64,000 nt of DNA from Candidatus Latescibacterota bacterium (GCA_965219995.1 CBDCOX010000002.1:4096001-4160000), one strand, 5' to 3'. Positions 27,919-38,497 are shown, counted from the stretch's first letter. Notes: a model not told the origin generated them from the letters alone. A program made the numbers and translations.

Positions 27919-28695
27919 ATGCGAAAAAGCAAACTGCTCGCGAAGCTGCGCGATGACAGGCCGGCCCGGATCTGCGGGCTGGGCCACTCTATTCCTGCTT
28001 ACATCCGGATGGCCGCGACCGCCGGATACGACTGTATCTGGCTGGACGGGGAGCACCGCTGCTTCACCGAACGGGAAATCCAGTCGTTGCTCGCCTGTTT
28101 CCACCTGTACGATATCGACTGCCTGTTCCGCCCGCCCACAACGGAGAGAACGAGGCTGTATCGATATCTGGAGGACGGCGCCGCCGGTTTGATGATTCCC
28201 CACGTCTCCACGCCGGAGAAAGCCCGGTCGCTGGTCGACGCCGTCAAATTTCCGCCGATCGGCGACCGCGGTCAGGACGCGGCCGGTCTCGACAGCGACT
28301 TCTTTCTGGGCGACGCCGAATCCTACGTCGAGGATGCCAACCGCGAGACGTACCTCATTGTTCAAATTGAAACACCGCAGGCCATCGAGAATCTCGACGC
28401 GATCGCGTCCGTCGAGGGCGTCGACGGGCTGTTCGTGGGCCCCGGCGATCTCGGGTTGAGGATCGACCGGCTGAAGCCGGGCTACACGCTTGACGAAGCC
28501 ATGCGCAAAGTCGCGTCCGTCGCGGGCGAACGGGGCGTCGCGTGGGGCTGTCCGGCGTCTTCCGGCGACCATGTCAAGAAGCTCCACGACATGGGCGCGC
28601 AACTGATCGCCTACGGCAGCGAATTCTTCGCGCTGATGCAGATGCTCGATGCGTGTTCGCGCGACCTGGATGCGGCCTACGGCGACCGGGCCTGA
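27919..28695 (+). CDS. HpcH/HpaI class II aldolase family protein
   Basis: WLDGEH, KFPPIGDRG, VQIET, DGLFVGPGDL. Confidence 0.9.
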   Translation: MRKSKLLAKLRDDRPARICGLGHSIPAYIRMAATAGYDCIWLDGEHRCFTEREIQSLLACFHLYDIDCLFRPPTTERTRLYRYLEDGAAGLMIPHVSTPEKARSLVDAVKFPPIGDRGQDAAGLDSDFFLGDAESYVEDANRETYLIVQIETPQAIENLDAIASVEGVDGLFVGPGDLGLRIDRLKPGYTLDEAMRKVASVAGERGVAWGCPASSGDHVKKLHDMGAQLIAYGSEFFALMQMLDACSRDLDAAYGDRA

Positions 28696-28719
28696 TTGCG
28701 TTCCGTCTCTTCTTCCCGC

Positions 28720-29733
28720 TCAGGTTTCCTCGAACCTGGCCAGCAGTTCGGCCGCCCGTTCCCGCATCGCCGGGTCATTGTGCCTCGCGATGATCCGCTG
28801 GAGTGCCGAGACCGCCGTCTCGTCTCCCCGCTCGGCCATGTCGAAGGCCATCCGGTCCCGCTTGTCGTGGTAACTGTTGTCGTACTCCACGACTTCCAGG
28901 TCGTATTTCTCCCAGTAGTACTTCAGCGATTCGTCTTCCCAGCCTCGATAGATGTTTTCCCAGGTGTTCGGCTGGCTGTGGGGAAGTATGCTTCCCGGCG
29001 CGATGGGATCGCTGATCCTCTGATATCGCGCGTCGATGGACATGCGGAGACGGTCGGAGTGGTTCGGAAGGCCCTTGTGGACGAGCATGCTGTGGAAGAA
29101 GAGGACGTCGCCCTGTTCGAACGGACTGTTGACCCAGGCCCCCTCGAGCGGATCGGTGACCTCGATTCCGCCCGCGCCCAGGGCCGGCTTGAAGTCGTAC
29201 ACGCCCCGGCGATGGGAACCGGCCGCCACCTGAAGGCCGCCCATCTCGAACGGCAGGTCGCTGAGCGGAATCCACGCGGTGTACGTTTCAGCCGTCCCCT
29301 GGATGGGGATGAAGTCCTGGTGCGGTGGAGTCGTATAGGCTTCCCGTTGCGGAAAGATGGTCCTCGCGATGATCCGTGGATGGGGCAGAACCGGTTCGCC
29401 GGTCATGCGTTCGAGAAGTCGGACGATGTTCGGGTGGTGCTGTAGGGCGTGAAAGGCCTGGATACCGTATATACCGGCGTAGACGTCCATGTAGTCCGCC
29501 TCGGGCTCGACGCAGAAACCGTCGAGGTCCGCGATGGCGTCCTCCGTCGGCGTGTCTTTATTAACCCATCCGGCTTCCAGCGCGATCTCCAGAAACGCCC
29601 GACGCAGTGCTTCCAGATCCTCTCCGGGCAACAGACTTCGGATGAAGAGGTATCCGTCCTCCAGCATTCGTTCTCTCAACAGACGTCCGTCGCCCGCTAT
29701 ATCTGTCGAATCTGCAAATGCATTCAAGGCCAA
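28720..29733 (-). CDS. PhyH family Fe/2OG dioxygenase
   Basis: TPPHQD, WIPL, GGLQV..GSH, GDVLFFH..VHKG, RMSIDARY; AGGAGG RBS before the TTG start. Confidence 0.9.
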   Translation of the reverse strand: MALNAFADSTDIAGDGRLLRERMLEDGYLFIRSLLPGEDLEALRRAFLEIALEAGWVNKDTPTEDAIADLDGFCVEPEADYMDVYAGIYGIQAFHALQHHPNIVRLLERMTGEPVLPHPRIIARTIFPQREAYTTPPHQDFIPIQGTAETYTAWIPLSDLPFEMGGLQVAAGSHRRGVYDFKPALGAGGIEVTDPLEGAWVNSPFEQGDVLFFHSMLVHKGLPNHSDRLRMSIDARYQRISDPIAPGSILPHSQPNTWENIYRGWEDESLKYYWEKYDLEVVEYDNSYHDKRDRMAFDMAERGDETAVSALQRIIARHNDPAMRERAAELLARFEET

Positions 29734-29772
29734 TCCTCCTTGTCAGGCGCGTCAAATACGCGACGTGTGCGT

Positions 29773-30630
29773 TCAGGTCAGATTCCGGAAGAAGAAGTGC
29801 TGTGCCGTCCCCCAAAGGATCGCGTCTTTCTCCGCGGGGCTGAGGAAACCCGCATGGTCCCGGATCAACGCCACGGCGGCAGGGTAGTCGGTCATCGGGT
29901 CCTCCATTTCGATCGGACCGCCGCTGTCGGACTCCCACATGCAGCGATGGGCGCCGTACGCTTCAACCACCCGTTGAATCAATGGCAGGACGTCGAGGTA
30001 GGGGGCGCGGCGGGAGCACAGCGCCTGCAGGGGCCCGATCTTGACCATTACCTTCTCATGCTTTGCAAACCGGAGCAGCGCGTCGAGGTCTTCCTCGCTG
30101 TAGTCGGCCTCCCGGATGCCCACGTGGCAGACGTGGTCCAGAATGACCGGCGTTTCCGGGAAGCGGGTGCACAACCGGTCCAGGTCGCGGAGCATTTCGA
30201 CTCGCATGTTGAAGCTCAGGGCGAGTTCGTGTTCCGCTCCCGCGGCGAACATCTTCTCGAATGCCGGATGATCGAATTCGGAGGGCGGCTCGCGAAACGC
30301 GAAACATCCCCGCTGCGAGAGCTCGACCATGGTCCTGTCCGGCTCACGATCGTCCAGGCTGATCATGCCCGTGCCCGCAAACGTTTCCGGGTCGCCCGCA
30401 ATCAGGTCCAGGATGTAGCTGTGGTCGTAGTCGTACCAGATCATCTGCACCAGGTTGATGCGCACGTCGCCCACCGTCCGGCTGTAGCTGAAGTACTCCT
30501 CCGGCGTGAAGGTGGGATGCCAGAGGTCCTCCTTTTTCACCTCCTCGGCCAGGGGGTAGCGTTCGAAATCGTCCGTCCATACGTGGATGTGGGCGTCGAC
30601 GATCCGGTGTGAAGATGCCTGCTCCGGCAT
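29773..30630 (-). CDS. Amidohydrolase family protein (Amidohydro_2)
   Basis: VDAHIHVW, ILDHV, RCMWESD. Confidence 0.88.
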   Translation of the reverse strand: MPEQASSHRIVDAHIHVWTDDFERYPLAEEVKKEDLWHPTFTPEEYFSYSRTVGDVRINLVQMIWYDYDHSYILDLIAGDPETFAGTGMISLDDREPDRTMVELSQRGCFAFREPPSEFDHPAFEKMFAAGAEHELALSFNMRVEMLRDLDRLCTRFPETPVILDHVCHVGIREADYSEEDLDALLRFAKHEKVMVKIGPLQALCSRRAPYLDVLPLIQRVVEAYGAHRCMWESDSGGPIEMEDPMTDYPAAVALIRDHAGFLSPAEKDAILWGTAQHFFFRNLT

Positions 30631-30773
30631 GAAAATGCTCCGTTCCGGGTTCTACCTGCTTCACGGGATATCCGTGATCCCGGTCAACCATTCCGTCCGT
30701 TTTGCGTCTTGCGAACGGATTGGCTATATTAATCCGATCCCGCGAACCTCATTCCCGTCGTCCGGAATACATT

Positions 30774-31532
30774 ATGGCGAAAGAGAAATACGACGGCGTC
30801 TGGCAACCCGATATGTTGGACCGGTTTCCAATGAATCCCAACGTCATGGTTGCCGACCTGGAACGGGAACGGCTGGACCTTCTCCTCACGTACGTGGCGG
30901 AAACCGGCCGCAGCGAATCCCTGTCCACGTTCATATCGGGGGTTGTGGAGCGCCACCCGAAATATCTTCGGGTGAAAGAGCTGTTCGAGACCTTCGAGGC
31001 GTACCGGCGAATCGGCCAGGCCATCTACGAGCAGTGGCGCGAGGGCAACGTGGACACGGTCTTCGACCTGGCATGCGGCCACGGACTTCTGGGTGTCCTG
31101 CTGGCCTGGCGGTTTCGGAAACTGCGCGTGGTCTGCGTGGACCTGGAACGCCGTCCGGCCTTCGGACACTACCTGGAAATCCTGCGTGAACAGGCCGCGC
31201 CCCTCGCGAACATCACGTATATCGAAAGCGACTTCAAGGACGTGGAACTGGGCCCGCGGTCCTACGTCATCTGCATCCACGCCTGCAACGAAGGCACCCG
31301 GGATGCCCTGGATATGGCCGATTCCGCGAACGCGGGTTTCGCGGCCATGCCATGCTGCATCCGGGACCGCCTCTACCTCCGCCGAATAAACCACCTGGAC
31401 GACGACGCCCGATATACCGCGGCAGTCGGGGTGATCGCCGGCCGCTACGGGGCCTACAAGATCACGGCGATCGACCGGCGCATCACCAACCGCAATCTCG
31501 TCATCCTGGGTGCGCCCGTGCCGGCATCCTGA
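30774..31532 (+). CDS. Class I SAM-dependent methyltransferase
   Basis: DLACGHGLLG, IHAC, MPCC motifs. Confidence 0.8.
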   Translation: MAKEKYDGVWQPDMLDRFPMNPNVMVADLERERLDLLLTYVAETGRSESLSTFISGVVERHPKYLRVKELFETFEAYRRIGQAIYEQWREGNVDTVFDLACGHGLLGVLLAWRFRKLRVVCVDLERRPAFGHYLEILREQAAPLANITYIESDFKDVELGPRSYVICIHACNEGTRDALDMADSANAGFAAMPCCIRDRLYLRRINHLDDDARYTAAVGVIAGRYGAYKITAIDRRITNRNLVILGAPVPAS

Positions 31533-31613
31533 TTCCCCAATTCTGCGCCTGCCGCGTCCTAGCTGGCAGATCAGACCCGCGGCTGCGGATTGATTTCACC
31601 GGAGCGTGCGCGG

Positions 31614-32618
31614 TCACCATTGATAGTCGGGCTCTCCCGCCTCGAACGCGGCGGCCGAAGCCATCATCGTGTCCAGGTCTCCCTTTGGCCGGTAACCGAT
31701 CAGCGTCTTTGCTTTCGTGATGTCGTGATCGTACATCCAGCGCACCGGGAGTGTTACCTCCAGGGGTTCCCGTCCCGTGATTTCCCCCAGCAGCCGGGCG
31801 CCTTCCGGGAACGTAAACGGGGCCGGGGCGCCGCCGTTGAACGACTCGCCGACCGCATCCGGAGACCGCAGCGAGCACACGATGCAGTGCGCGATATCCC
31901 GCGCGTCGTTCGGCTGATAATACCAGGGCCGCCCGGCCTCGTCCCTGGCCGCGCACGGCTGGTCGGGATCTTCGGCCCGCGCCTCGATTTCGTGCCAGAG
32001 TTCGGTTCCATCGGCCATATACATTTCCGTTCGCGGCCCCGCCTGACCCGCCTTCAATATCGCGCACACGCGTCCAACGGTGAACTGATCGAAAATCGAG
32101 CTGCCGGACAGCACGTGGCTGGGCCGTACGATGGAAATGCGCAGCCCGGTCTCACGGGATGTCCGCTCCGCCATCAGCTCCCCGATATACTTGGAGAGGG
32201 AATACTCGTTGTCGGGCCGTTTGGGATGCAACTCGTCCACGGGGTGGTAGGCGCAGGCGATGTTCTCGCCGTTGTTCGGGAAGACGCCGGACGAACTCAC
32301 GTAGACGTACCGTTCCAGCCTGTCCGCGAACCGCCCGCACGCCCGCGACACCTCCAGGTTGATTTGCGTGTTGAGTTCGAACCAGGGTCCCACCAGGTTG
32401 GCGGTGTGGATCACGGCATCCGTCCCCGACACGACCCGTTTCGCAAATTCCCCGTCGGTCAAATCCCCGTCCAGAATGTCCACGTCCAGGCCTTCCAGCC
32501 GGTTCAGGCAGGGATCGTCCGGTATAACCGAACCCCGGACTTCATAATTCAGATCCAGTAACTGCCGGACCAGCCGGCATCCCACCTGCCCTGCAGCGCC
32601 TGTCACCAGAACTTTCAT
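31614..32618 (-). CDS. NAD-dependent epimerase/dehydratase (extended SDR)
   Basis: VTGAAGQVG, YVSS, YSLSK. Confidence 0.9.
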   Translation of the reverse strand: MKVLVTGAAGQVGCRLVRQLLDLNYEVRGSVIPDDPCLNRLEGLDVDILDGDLTDGEFAKRVVSGTDAVIHTANLVGPWFELNTQINLEVSRACGRFADRLERYVYVSSSGVFPNNGENIACAYHPVDELHPKRPDNEYSLSKYIGELMAERTSRETGLRISIVRPSHVLSGSSIFDQFTVGRVCAILKAGQAGPRTEMYMADGTELWHEIEARAEDPDQPCAARDEAGRPWYYQPNDARDIAHCIVCSLRSPDAVGESFNGGAPAPFTFPEGARLLGEITGREPLEVTLPVRWMYDHDITKAKTLIGYRPKGDLDTMMASAAAFEAGEPDYQW

Positions 32619-32784
32619 GGACCACCTCCTGATCGTGCACAGACGAGTTTTCCGTCACCCGCACGAAACCCGCCAGTCCCGCAGTCGTAACAGGATGAAC
32701 GGCACCAATATAGCGCCCGTCGTTACCGTCCGCAACATCTGGTCTTGCTCCCCCTCTCCCCCCGGGTGAGAGGGGGAGCAAGAC

Positions 32785-32935
32785 CGGGGAGACGTTAGAC
32801 GTGAGACGGTAGAGGAAGACTTTTACAGCAGTGTTTCCACATAAACAGTGCCTGTTCATTTGCCGTTATCGTTACGGCAAGAAAAACCATCGGGCACACA
32901 AATCTTCTCCCCTCTTCCGTCTCCCGTCTCACCGC
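32785..32935 (+). repeat. Modular repeat locus 6 (B)
   Basis: Heptamer arms around module B. Confidence 0.85.
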
Positions 32936-33100
32936 TCTTCGAGCGCCCGCCTTTCTTCTATATGGAAACGGGTCGTCCAATTCGCTAAATTGACGAAACG
33001 CCGCACTTGCGTTGTTCCGCAAGGTGGAACTGTAGCGCGAATCCAATGCATCCCGTGCCGTTCGGCCAGGCAACCCCACGCCTCTTACGGAGCGCCGACC

Positions 33101-34171
33101 ATGTCCGCCGCATCCCGCTTCCGCCCCGCACACATGCACGCCGTCTCCCGCAATCTGCTGATGGCTGCCGGCGCCCCCCGCCACGTGGCGGAAACCGTTT
33201 CCGAAATCCTCGTCAACTCCAACCTCTCCGGCCACGATTCCCACGGCGTCCTCCGCATCCCGACCTATTTGGACGGCATCGCGGGTGGATCGATCGTTCC
33301 CGCCGCCGAACCCGAGGTCGTCCGCAAAGGTACGATTACGCTCATCGTCGACGGACACAGCGGGATGGGCATCTACACCGCGCGAAGGGCCATCGACCTC
33401 GCCATCGACAATGCCGCCGGATCGGGAGTATGCTGCATCAGTTTCAGGCGCGTGGGCCACTTCGGCCGGCTGGGCGAGTACGCGGAGATCGCCGCCCGCG
33501 CAGGATGTATCGCCATCATCACCATCGGCGTGGGGACCGTGGATGCTGTCGCGCCTTACGGCGCAACGCGGGGCCCTTTAGGCACCAATCCGATCGCCGT
33601 TGGCGTACCCACGGGCGACGCGGCCCCGTTCATCCTGGACATCGCCACCAGCATCGTGGCCGAAGGCAAGCTCCAGGTGGCGCGGGCCGAGAACGCGTCC
33701 ATCCCCGACGGATATATCCTGGACAAGCACGGCAACCCGAGTACCGATCCGCTGGATTTCTACGACGGAGGATATCTCCTGCCGTTCGGGGCGCACAAGG
33801 GTTCCGGTCTCCTGCTGCTGACCTGCCTGCTGAGCGGCTTGTCCGGCCTGCCGGAAGTGGAGGAGGGCACACTCTCGGGCGCCTACATGCAGGTGATCCG
33901 CGTGAGCGCCTTCACGCCGCTCGAGACCTATCAGCGCGGGATTCGCACCTTCCTGGATAACATCAAGGCCATCCCCCCGGCGCCCGGATTCGACGAGGTC
34001 CTCGTGCCCGGCGATTTCGAACACCGCACCCGCGTGAAGCGCCTGCGCGAGGGATTCGACATTCCGGGTCCTATCGTGGAGCAATTGCGAGATCGAGCAG
34101 ACCGGCTCAATGTGTCGATGTCGGAGGACACCATCGAACCGGGCGATGAGGAAAGGTACGAGAAGCGGTGA
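33101..34171 (+). CDS. Ldh_2 family oxidoreductase
   Basis: GHDSHGV, GHFGRLGEY, GTNPIA, LDIATS, LLPFGAHKG; ATG 33101. Confidence 0.92.
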   Translation: MSAASRFRPAHMHAVSRNLLMAAGAPRHVAETVSEILVNSNLSGHDSHGVLRIPTYLDGIAGGSIVPAAEPEVVRKGTITLIVDGHSGMGIYTARRAIDLAIDNAAGSGVCCISFRRVGHFGRLGEYAEIAARAGCIAIITIGVGTVDAVAPYGATRGPLGTNPIAVGVPTGDAAPFILDIATSIVAEGKLQVARAENASIPDGYILDKHGNPSTDPLDFYDGGYLLPFGAHKGSGLLLLTCLLSGLSGLPEVEEGTLSGAYMQVIRVSAFTPLETYQRGIRTFLDNIKAIPPAPGFDEVLVPGDFEHRTRVKRLREGFDIPGPIVEQLRDRADRLNVSMSEDTIEPGDEERYEKR

Positions 34172-34330
34172 GACGTAAGACGGGAGACGGTAGAAAAAAG
34201 CGGTGAGACGTAAGACGGGAGACGGTAGATGACATCTTTGCCAGATTGGTTTCTCCTTTTTTGCCTCCGGCAAGATACGAAACCGCACGGGGCTGACAAT
34301 CTCTCCCGTCTTACCTCTAACGTCTCCCCC
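34165..34330 (+). repeat. Modular repeat locus 7 (duplicated left arm + A)
   Basis: GCGGTGAGACGTAAGACGGGAGACGGTAGA occurs twice; the first copy supplies the Ldh_2 TGA stop. Confidence 0.88.
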
Positions 34331-34360
34331 GGGGAAGGGGGAGGAGAGGTCTGCGACAAC

Positions 34361-34420
34361 ATATCGGTACGCCGGTCCCGGAAGGAGGAGGTTGAAATCT
34401 ATGAGAGCGAAAGAACTTGA
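34361..34420 (+). pseudogene. brnT: 3' remnant of a BrnT-family toxin
   Basis: ISVRRSRKEEVEIYES matches the typical BrnT C-terminus and overlaps the antitoxin start; everything upstream is repeat DNA. Confidence 0.65.
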
Positions 34421-34643
34421 CGAGAGGTTCGACAGCGGGGAAGACATCACGAAATTCCTGGAGCTTGAGCAGGCGAGACGACCGGCCGAGGAACCGAAGC
34501 GGGTGAACGTCGATTTTCCGCTATGGATGGTTCATTCCCTGGATCGGGAAGCCGGACGTTTAGGCGTCACGCGGCAGTCCGTCATCAAATTCTGGATCGC
34601 GGAGAAATTGAAGCTGGCGTCTTCGTCAGATGGAGGGCCGTGA
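34401..34643 (+). CDS. brnA: BrnA-type (CopG/RHH) antitoxin
   Basis: MRAKELDERFDSGEDI...KRVNVDFPLWM..SLDREA.RLGVTRQSVIKFWIAEKL. Confidence 0.85.
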   Translation: MRAKELDERFDSGEDITKFLELEQARRPAEEPKRVNVDFPLWMVHSLDREAGRLGVTRQSVIKFWIAEKLKLASSSDGGP

Positions 34644-34671
34644 CAACGTCACGTTCGGGTATACAATAAAC

Positions 34672-34733
34672 GTAGGGGCGACGCATGCGTCGCCCCTTCT
34701 ACCAAAAAGGGGCGCAGAACCTCGCCCCTTTTT
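34672..34733. repeat. GTAG-type REP plus terminator-like hairpin
   Basis: GTAGGGGCGACGCATGCGTCGCCCCT palindrome, then AAAAAGGGGCG..CGCCCCTTTTT. Confidence 0.7.
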
Positions 34734-34752
34734 TTGTTTTTTCGCGGCGCAC

Positions 34753-35346
34753 CTATACGTGCGGGCCGCGTTCCCTGATAATCCGCAGCGCCAGGTCCGG
34801 ATCGATCTGCACGATCATCTCCGGTTCGATCTTGCAGTGGCCCGGCAGGTCGAACCCCGCCACCGCACTCCTCGCGTGCCACCCGGACAGCGACGCGTCC
34901 ATCCCGTCTTCGCCGAACCGCGAACCCGGCCCGCCGAACACGTCGTGAAAGACCGTGCTGTACCCGTCCACGACCTGCGGCGACTTCGAGAAAGATCCGC
35001 CGCCTGCGGAATTCACCATTCCGATGCATTTTACGCAATACCACACGTCGTTGAGCGTTCCGTACGGGTCCAGCGCCCAATGCAGCGTCACGACGTGGGA
35101 AATACCCGCCTCCCTGCCCGCTTCGAAACCGGCTTCCACGTCCGCGTCGTCGTTGGTGACCGCGCCGACCCCACCCCCTGTGCCGGATGTGAACACCAGC
35201 CCGGAAGGCGTAAACGTGGCCATGCAGATCCGCCTGCCCTGCGGTGCCGGACACGCGTCCTCCCTGGACCCCAGATCGATCCCGAGCTCCTTCAGCCGGT
35301 CGTACACGTCGAAATCCCGATGCCATGAACTGTGCAGTTCCGCCAT
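34753..35346 (-). CDS. RidA/YjgF-like family protein (divergent)
   Basis: LVFTSG, VKCIGMVNS, PQVVDGYS...VFG, HARSAV..LP...IE.E pattern. Confidence 0.7.
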   Translation of the reverse strand: MAELHSSWHRDFDVYDRLKELGIDLGSREDACPAPQGRRICMATFTPSGLVFTSGTGGGVGAVTNDDADVEAGFEAGREAGISHVVTLHWALDPYGTLNDVWYCVKCIGMVNSAGGGSFSKSPQVVDGYSTVFHDVFGGPGSRFGEDGMDASLSGWHARSAVAGFDLPGHCKIEPEMIVQIDPDLALRIIRERGPHV

Positions 35347-35492
35347 GTGCTCTCCTCTGTTTGAGATTGCGATTGAAAACGACCATTCAAAATAAAGTGT
35401 TCGAAAGCAATGTCAAGCCCCGATGAAATTACGGACTCGCGGAACCCCCGCGGAAGAAAGCTCGCCGAGTCCGGTTTTTATTCCCGTTCCCG

Positions 35493-36563
35493 CTACCAGA
35501 TTGTAGCGGCGATATACCGTTCGCCATCGGGCTCGTCGTCGTAGTAATACGCCGCGACGACCCTTCCATCGGGGCGTTCTACCGCGCGGGGATAGCCGAC
35601 GTCGTGGTCCCCTCCGTCGTCCCGCAGGACCACCGGATCGGACCATGTCACGCCTTCGTCTTCGCTCGTCACCGCGCGCAGTCCCGACGGCGCGTCGCGG
35701 TACCCGTATACCAGACACAGGCGCCCGTCGCCGAGCAGCATCATCGCGGGCGGGTTGCCGCCAGTTCCGGTTTCCGCGACCGGCCGGTTGAGATGGCGCC
35801 AACTGGCCGCGTTGTCGTCGGATCCGTACAGGTCGATCCAGTTGCCGTCCCTGCTTTCAGCGCCTCCACGACATCGCACGGCAACCAGGATGCGCCCGCC
35901 GGGAAGCCTGACGCTGGCCGGCATGATGGCGAATCCGTCGGGTTCCGCTCCGATCCAGGATCGAAACTCGAACGTCCTGCCGCCGTCGGTGGTCCGCGCG
36001 CAGAACACCCTGCCCTCGCGACCGTTTGACTTGGCCGACGTCAGGAATAGCGTGCACGTATCCCTGCCATTCAGCAGATAGTCCGTCCGGGCCGCGATGC
36101 CCGGCAGTCCGAACATGGGCAGACCGAACGGACCGTCCCAGGAGCGGCAGCGGTCGGTCGACGTGTAGAACCACGACCGCGCGCCGGCGGAGAGACCGGT
36201 CCGGGCGCACATCATCGCGAAGTCCGGGTGGCTGAAATCGATCCCTCCCGGGTGCCCCATGGGCAGCGCGGCCGCCACCTCTGTCTCCAGCGAGCGGTTC
36301 ACATGCTCGTTCGCCGATGCCCCCTTACCTTCCGGAGAGGCGATCGGTATCGGTTCGACCGTCCAGCTGAGACCGCCGTCCAGACTCCGCGCCTGCATCG
36401 TCTCGAACGGCCGGTCCCGGTCCCGCCGGTGAAATCCGCCGTCCGACTTGTGGTACCCCAGTGTGAACCCCACCACGATCTCGTCTCCCCACGACCAGAT
36501 CCCGTAATTGGCGGGCCATCCGGCGTATCGCCCTTTTTCCTTGTAAATGACGACGTGTTCCAT
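35493..36563 (-). CDS. Sialidase-like BNR/Asp-box beta-propeller protein
   Basis: Five Asp boxes (SLDGGLSW, STDRCRSW, TTDGGRTF, SDDNAASW, SEDEGVTW) and a GYP motif. Confidence 0.82.
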   Translation of the reverse strand: MEHVVIYKEKGRYAGWPANYGIWSWGDEIVVGFTLGYHKSDGGFHRRDRDRPFETMQARSLDGGLSWTVEPIPIASPEGKGASANEHVNRSLETEVAAALPMGHPGGIDFSHPDFAMMCARTGLSAGARSWFYTSTDRCRSWDGPFGLPMFGLPGIAARTDYLLNGRDTCTLFLTSAKSNGREGRVFCARTTDGGRTFEFRSWIGAEPDGFAIMPASVRLPGGRILVAVRCRGGAESRDGNWIDLYGSDDNAASWRHLNRPVAETGTGGNPPAMMLLGDGRLCLVYGYRDAPSGLRAVTSEDEGVTWSDPVVLRDDGGDHDVGYPRAVERPDGRVVAAYYYDDEPDGERYIAATIW

Positions 36564-36770
36564 ATTTCGCACTCCCAATTTCTGTAATGTGAACGACTCC
36601 GGTCGGTAGTCGGCGAATTCGATCAGAACGCACGTATGGCGACCGCGTGGGAGACGCCGTAACCGGACTTACCAACACTTGCCCACGCAAATCCGCCTTG
36701 TGCGCCGTGACAGGCGGCATTATTCTATACCGGTCGCAGCAAACAGCTTCTAAACAGAAAGGACTCTTCG

Positions 36771-37415
36771 ATGGACACACTGCAACTCGCGGCGCCTCCC
36801 AACGCCTTCATCCTGTTCAACGGCAGGGACCTCAGCAACTGGACCTCCGTCGACGGCGGCGAACCCGGCTGGTCCGTGGAAGACGGCATCCTGCAGGTCG
36901 TGCCTCGCTCCGGGAATATCGTGCATACTGAACCCCTGACCGATTTCTACATGCACCTGGAATTCCGATGCCCGGACATGCCCGAAGCCACGGGACAGGC
37001 CAAAGGAAACAGCGGTGTCTTTCTCCACGGACTCTATGAGATCCAGGTCCTGGATTCATCGGGGATCAACATTCCGGGCACAGGAGACTGCGGCGCCTTC
37101 TACGACCAGTCGGCGCCCCTGGTGAACGCGTGCAAAGCGGCCATGGAATGGCAGACCTACGACATCGCTTTCCGTGCGCCTCGACTGGACGAAGAGGGCG
37201 GGGTGGCCGAACACGCACGCGCTACCGTTTTCCAGAATGGCACCGTGATCCAGAACAACGTGCAGATCTCATGCCCGACGGGTTCCGCCTCGAACAAGCC
37301 GGTGGAAACCTCCGGCCCCCTGCTCCTGCAGGACCACGGAGACCGCGTCGCCTACCGCAACATCTGGGCCGTTCCGCTTCCGCTTACTGGATCCGATACC
37401 TACGAACCGCGGTAG
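36771..37415 (+). CDS. DUF1080 / 3-keto-disaccharide hydrolase family protein
   Basis: LFNGRDL..W, GNSGVF...YEIQVLDS, WQTYDI.F, LQDHG..V.YRNIW. Confidence 0.9.
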   Translation: MDTLQLAAPPNAFILFNGRDLSNWTSVDGGEPGWSVEDGILQVVPRSGNIVHTEPLTDFYMHLEFRCPDMPEATGQAKGNSGVFLHGLYEIQVLDSSGINIPGTGDCGAFYDQSAPLVNACKAAMEWQTYDIAFRAPRLDEEGGVAEHARATVFQNGTVIQNNVQISCPTGSASNKPVETSGPLLLQDHGDRVAYRNIWAVPLPLTGSDTYEPR

Positions 37416-37538
37416 CAATCGCATCGGGAAGAATAGATACCGAAAGATCTGACTGGTAGTGTATTGTCGCGAGAACGTACCGCCGTTCTCCCAACGATTT
37501 ATCCCATCAGGATGCCCAAGCATTTGTGGAGCTTTGCG

Positions 37539-37682
37539 AAACGTGGTCATTGAGCTTGTCGAAATGCCCGTGTTTCGATACCCTTGAACAGGCTCAGGGT
37601 GCACCGCCCGGGGCTGTTTGCTTGCCTTCGCCGACCCTTCGTCCCTTCGACAAGCTCGGGGCACCGCATGCTCAGGGAGCGG
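37539..37682. repeat. TTCGACAAGCTCA-type REP cluster
   Basis: 37539-37571 is the exact 33-nt reverse complement of 23641-23673; a further CTTCGACAAGCTC lies near 37646. Confidence 0.75.
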
Positions 37683-37704
37683 CTCTGGGCCCAAAGACGA
37701 TCCC

Positions 37705-38301
37705 ATGACCGATACCATCGAACTGAGCAGCCTGGAAACGGACCCCCGCCTCCTCAGGTTCGCCCTCAACGGGAGCGGCGTCGACGGGCCCTCCTTCGAT
37801 GCCTGGAAGCAGGCCCGATCGTTCATCTCCTCCGAAATCCACCGTCCCGGCACCCTCCTGGACATCGGCTGCGCCAACGGCTTTCTGCTGCGGTGCCTCA
37901 CCGTGTGGAGCAACCACGAACTCACCCCGTTCGGCTTCGACGCCAGCGAGGGCAGGATCATGGATACCGCCAGGTTCTTCCCCTCGCAGGAGATGCAGTT
38001 CGCCCGCCTTCCGGTCGAACGGCTGGCGGAGATCGATTCGCATGGACTCCCGCGGACCTATGACTTCGTCTACTGGGCGGTCTGGGACAACTACCGGTTC
38101 GACAGACCGGACCGAATCGATCTGCTCAGACGCGCGTTTGAAAACGTGAGAGACGACGGGCGGCTGATCCTGGGTTTCTATGACCGCAAGCCCGAGACGA
38201 TAGAAAATAAAATCGCCCAGATCAGGGCGCTCAACCTGGGGCATGCGGTCCGCGTGGCCAATCCCGACGGCCCGCAGGTTCTGCTCAGGCTATCGAAATA
38301 G
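37705..38301 (+). CDS. Class I SAM-dependent methyltransferase
   Basis: LLDIGCANGFLL, YDFV, GRLILG. Confidence 0.75.
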   Translation: MTDTIELSSLETDPRLLRFALNGSGVDGPSFDAWKQARSFISSEIHRPGTLLDIGCANGFLLRCLTVWSNHELTPFGFDASEGRIMDTARFFPSQEMQFARLPVERLAEIDSHGLPRTYDFVYWAVWDNYRFDRPDRIDLLRRAFENVRDDGRLILGFYDRKPETIENKIAQIRALNLGHAVRVANPDGPQVLLRLSK

Positions 38302-38306
38302 CAAAG

Positions 38307-38497
38307 GCGGTGAGCAAAAGCGGTGAGACGTGAGACGCAAGACGGTAGAGGAAATCCTTGCCCGATATGCTCTTCCTTAAAGCCTCCGGCCTGAATTGAG
38401 ACCTCACAGGGCTGGTAGTCTCTCCCGTCTCCCGTCTAACGACTACCCGCTCTTCAGGCACTGATATCCTCTCCCGTCTCCCGTCTAACGTCTACCC
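38307..38497 (+). repeat. Modular repeat locus 8 (A+C)
   Basis: Heptamer arms, diverged module A, module C TCTTCAGGCACTGATATCC. Confidence 0.85.
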
